DNA from: Ranitomeya imitator
Taxonomy: Eukaryota
Direction of reading: 5' to 3'
Assembly (NCBI RefSeq): GCF_032444005.1
Contig: NC_091286.1
Span: 170,004,001-170,068,000, forward strand
DNA: 64,000 bases
Shown piece by piece: positions 60,536-64,000 of the stretch (position 1 is its first letter; each line of letters begins with the position of its first letter). The translations under genes and the position numbers were made by a program. Under the pieces are notes generated by a model. That model was not told the DNA's origin. It saw nothing but the letters and a program-made list of their open reading frames with translations, and did not search any database.

Positions 60536-61273
60536 ATCAGGACTATGTGCTGGTTTGCCGCCTGAGAACTTAAAATAATTACGGGTTAAAAAAAGTATGT
60601 GATAGAAAGTTGTAGAGGTTTAATTTTTAATTTACTTAAAATGAGGAACCCATCTAAAGGTCACTCATTTAAAGGGAACCTGTCAGTAACACTGCTCATG
60701 CGCAAGCAGAGGTAGCACAATACAGGGAAATGAAAAACATTTTAAAAGATAGGTATTTTGTCACCATCTGCTGTGCTGAAATTCAGCTCTTGTTGATATG
60801 CATTTGCAAGTGCACTGGTGGGGGTATCTGCGCACTTGCAGTATATGGCTCCTCACTTCTCCATTGACCTTGACCAGGACAGCCTGAAGATCTGAAACTG
60901 TGGCGCAGCACCTTTTAGTTTGGGAAGCCCACGATTCTCATCACACCCATTTCCCCACCTGGTGCATTGATTTTAGTGGTTTCTGTCGTCTCCGGTATCC
61001 GTGCACTGGTGATCCTAATTTGCATATCAATAAAAGCAGAAACTCTGCGCAACCGCAAAGCAGATGGTGCTAGAACAGGTATCTTTTATAAAGTTTTACA
61101 CTGTCCTACCTCTTTTGGGTACGCATAGTGTTTTTGACCAGTTTATTTTAAATGGGGATTTTAAATAACATAAACATTACTCACCTTTAGGCCTCATTCA
61201 CACGTCAGTATTTGTATACCAAAGCCAGGAGGGTCTCCAAAATATACAACTGGTGTCAATCTTTCAACCATAG

Positions 61274-62080
61274 TTTTCCCTTCACCCATGACAGCACAGC
61301 TGAAAGAGGGATCCGCCTAGCCGCGACAGGAAACCTACTAAAATACTTCCTTGCTTCAGTTGGGTTTCATGTACTGACAGGGACCCTTGTGCTGAAAACC
61401 CAGTAGTTTGAAGACTTTCTTATCCACTCACCCGTGCCTGTCCCGTCATTGGAAGAACAGGCAGAGTGCCTGTATGCCGGCCTTCAGGTGGTGGAAGCAC
61501 TGTCTGTGGATCCTGAGGGGCCTCGACTTACATGTAGACGTGGAGCGGTGCAGTTATGGGCCCAGTGACTCTTCTGCAGCCACCAAAGCCTCTCTCTCTC
61601 CTCTGCCTGCTGACCGATGCTTCATAGTGAGCCGGACTTCCGGGGGCGCGTGACATCAGGGGGTGTGCACCGAGGCCAAGATGGCGGCACCCACAGTGAA
61701 AAAGCCAGCCGGGGTGCGTGGATACTGGGCGCGTCTCGGCAGGGAGGCTAGAGGGGCATGGGGAGGGGCATGGATCAATACCGGAGGAGGCAGGAAGCGC
61801 AGTGGATCCCTCTTATAAGGAGGGATGACCACAGAAGAGGCGCTCGTGTCCGAAGCTCCCCATTATGGAGGATCACAGTGCAGGACCATTCACCAGGGTC
61901 TATGCCTGGTCACCAGCTTGGGCACACTAAGAGGAGCAGCTGCTCGAGTTTCAGGAGTGGCTGCCGTTCCGACCAGAGATCGCGGGACTCCTCGGTATCC
62001 AGGAGGGATGTTGTTCATACCCCTGACCAGCCTCCGAATCAGGTACCCTTGATTTGACAGCGGGTCGTGAGTGATCTATT
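61274..62080 (+). mobile_element. 5' fragment of a related DIRS element (left ITR and upstream ORF)
   Basis: ttttccc...cccatgacagcac...gagggatccgcc...gacaggaaacctact matches the 5' end of the 15908-21353 element; similarity continues to the conserved cagcgggt(c/g)gtgagtgatcta. Confidence 0.82.
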
Positions 62081-62199
62081 AGTCATGGCAGGAGTCAGGA
62101 CCCCACACTATGTCGCTGTCTCTTTTGGGTATGTCTGCAGAGTAAGCACTTCTTATTACTTGGACTTAGCTTTTCTATTAACCCATCTTACTCCCTCAT

Positions 62200-64000
62200 C
62201 ATGTCTACATATGCCCTTACAGTGTTTGCTCCACTAATCCTCTCTCTCCTTTGCTATCCCCAAACCCCAGCACCCTCTAACCAAATAATCATCTCTTCTT
62301 TCTTCCCCACCTGTCCTCCTCTGCTGACCTGCTCCTCAACCTCAAATCCTAATGTCCTAATAAAACAAGCTGGCCACTCTCCTTCTCTCACCTGCTCTCC
62401 CTTTCTCTGCTTCTCCAAACGGCTGGCGACATATCTCCCAACCCTGGACCCCCACCAGCTCAAACCTTCCATTACTACCCCCTCCTACCGCTCCCTATCC
62501 AATATGAACTACCGCAATCTTTCAAACATAAAACTCGTGCCCCTGACGCCCACCCCCCTGCTCCCTCTCTCTGGAGCAATCTGGAATGCCCGCATAATCT
62601 GCAATAAGCTTCATGTGATTCATGACCTTTTTCTCTCTCACAAGCTTGCCTTCCTGGGCCTCACAGAAACATGGCTAACACCCTCTGACACCGCCTCCCC
62701 TGCTGCGCTGTGTTACGGCGGCCTACACTTCACCCACACCCCTCGCCCGGGCAACAAACATGGTGGAGGAGTCGGTCTTCTCCTTTCTTCAAACTCCACC
62801 TTTAACCCAATCCCACCTCTACCCTCCCTTATACTCCCTGCTTTTGAAGTCCACTCTGTCCGCATCTACTCTCCCTCCAACCTCCAAGTGGCCGTCACAT
62901 ACCGACCTCCGGGCCCGGCCACTGCCTTTATTGACCAATTCTCCACCTGACTTTTTCACTTTCTCTCTGTTGACATTCCCACCATCATCATAAGTGACTT
63001 CAACATCCCCACTGATACCCTTCAGTCAACAGCCTCCAAACTTCTGTCCCTTACTTCATCTTTTGGACTTACTCAGTGGTCCTCCGCAGCCACCCACAGA
63101 CGGACATACACTAGACCTGGTCTTCACCCGTCTCTACTCTTTATCTAACTTCACCACTTCCCCTCTCCCTCTATCGGACCACCATATGCTCACCTTCTCA
63201 TCCCTGTCCTCCTCACCGGTCACCCATGTCCAGCAACATGCGCACCCCCGCAGAAACCTTGCACACCTAGACACCCACACACTCTCTGACTTTATCCTAC
63301 CACTGGCATCCATATCCTCACTCCACGACACACACAGTGCCACTGCTTTATAGAAAGCCACTCTCGCATCAGCTATTGACACGGTTGCCCATCTCGTGGC
63401 AGAGTGCGACGTATCAATAGACAACCCTGGCACAATAACACCACTAAAAATCTCCGGCAAGTGTCCAGAATTGCAGAGCGGCATTGGAAGAAAAGACATT
63501 CGCAAGACTACTTCATTGCATTCAAACAGGCAACACTCGCTTTTAAATCTGCTCTCACCTCTGCTAAAAAGGCCTACTTCACAACCCTCGTATCTTCCCT
63601 ATCCTACAACCCCAAACAGTTATTCAAAACCTTTAACTCCTTCCTTCGCCCCCACTGCCCCCTCCAGCCTCCCTCATCTCTGCTGAGGACTTTGCCACAC
63701 ACTTTAAAAATAAGATCGACCAAACAAGGCAAGTCTTCATTGTTCAACCACCACAACCCCTTTGTATACCAGACCAAAGCCCAAACTCCATAACCTCCCT
63801 ATCCAACATCACTGAAGGGGGGCTTAATTGTCTCCTCTCCAAATCGCACCTCACCACCTGTGCGCTCGACACCCTCCCATCCCACCTCCTCCCCAACCTC
63901 ACCACCACTCTTATCCCATCCCTAACCCACCTCTTCAACCTATCACTAACTTCTGGCACCTTCCCTTCTGCTTTCAAACATGCCACAATCACGCCTATCC
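62200..64000 (+). mobile_element. L2-clade LINE ORF2 remnant, running off the window
   Basis: IWNAR, LGLTETWL, GGGVGLL, TYRPPG, GDFN-like and HTLDL endonuclease motifs, then TCALDTLPSHLL linker; stops and frameshifts. Confidence 0.88.

Noticed and set aside
51411-64000. SCCPDH exon 2 (…VLNCVGP) searched for
   Set aside because: No match found by eye; it probably lies beyond the window, although a diverged exon could have been missed.

Overview
Vertebrate genomic DNA, most likely a frog (inferred from the repeat families; species not determinable here). The only host gene I can support is SCCPDH (saccharopine dehydrogenase-like oxidoreductase) on the minus strand. Four consecutive internal coding exons (81, 130, 50 and 131 nt, all AG/GT-bounded) lie at 51330-51410, 41241-41370, 28298-28347 and 22923-23053; the flanking exons were not found and probably lie outside the window. 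Nearly everything else is intronic transposon sequence, heavily nested: a full-length DIRS1-type tyrosine-recombinase retrotransposon (ITRs and ICR intact, RT/RNaseH/methylase ORF open, recombinase frameshifted), a 5' fragment of a related DIRS, an Ngaro-type RT fragment inside a hAT element, two complete but decayed Tc1 elements plus a fragment, a piggyBac transposase remnant, three TTAA-type elements carrying telomere-like (TTAGGG)n arrays, L1, L2 and CR1 LINE remnants, nested Helitrons, a solo LTR, a V-SINE, a Penelope-like insertion with a hammerhead ribozyme motif, and many palindromic MITEs. Most interesting: the hammerhead ribozyme motif, evidence for a spliced DIRS gag, transposon-borne telomere-like arrays, and several near-perfect fold-back structures. 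All identifications come from motif recognition by eye; no database search was run.
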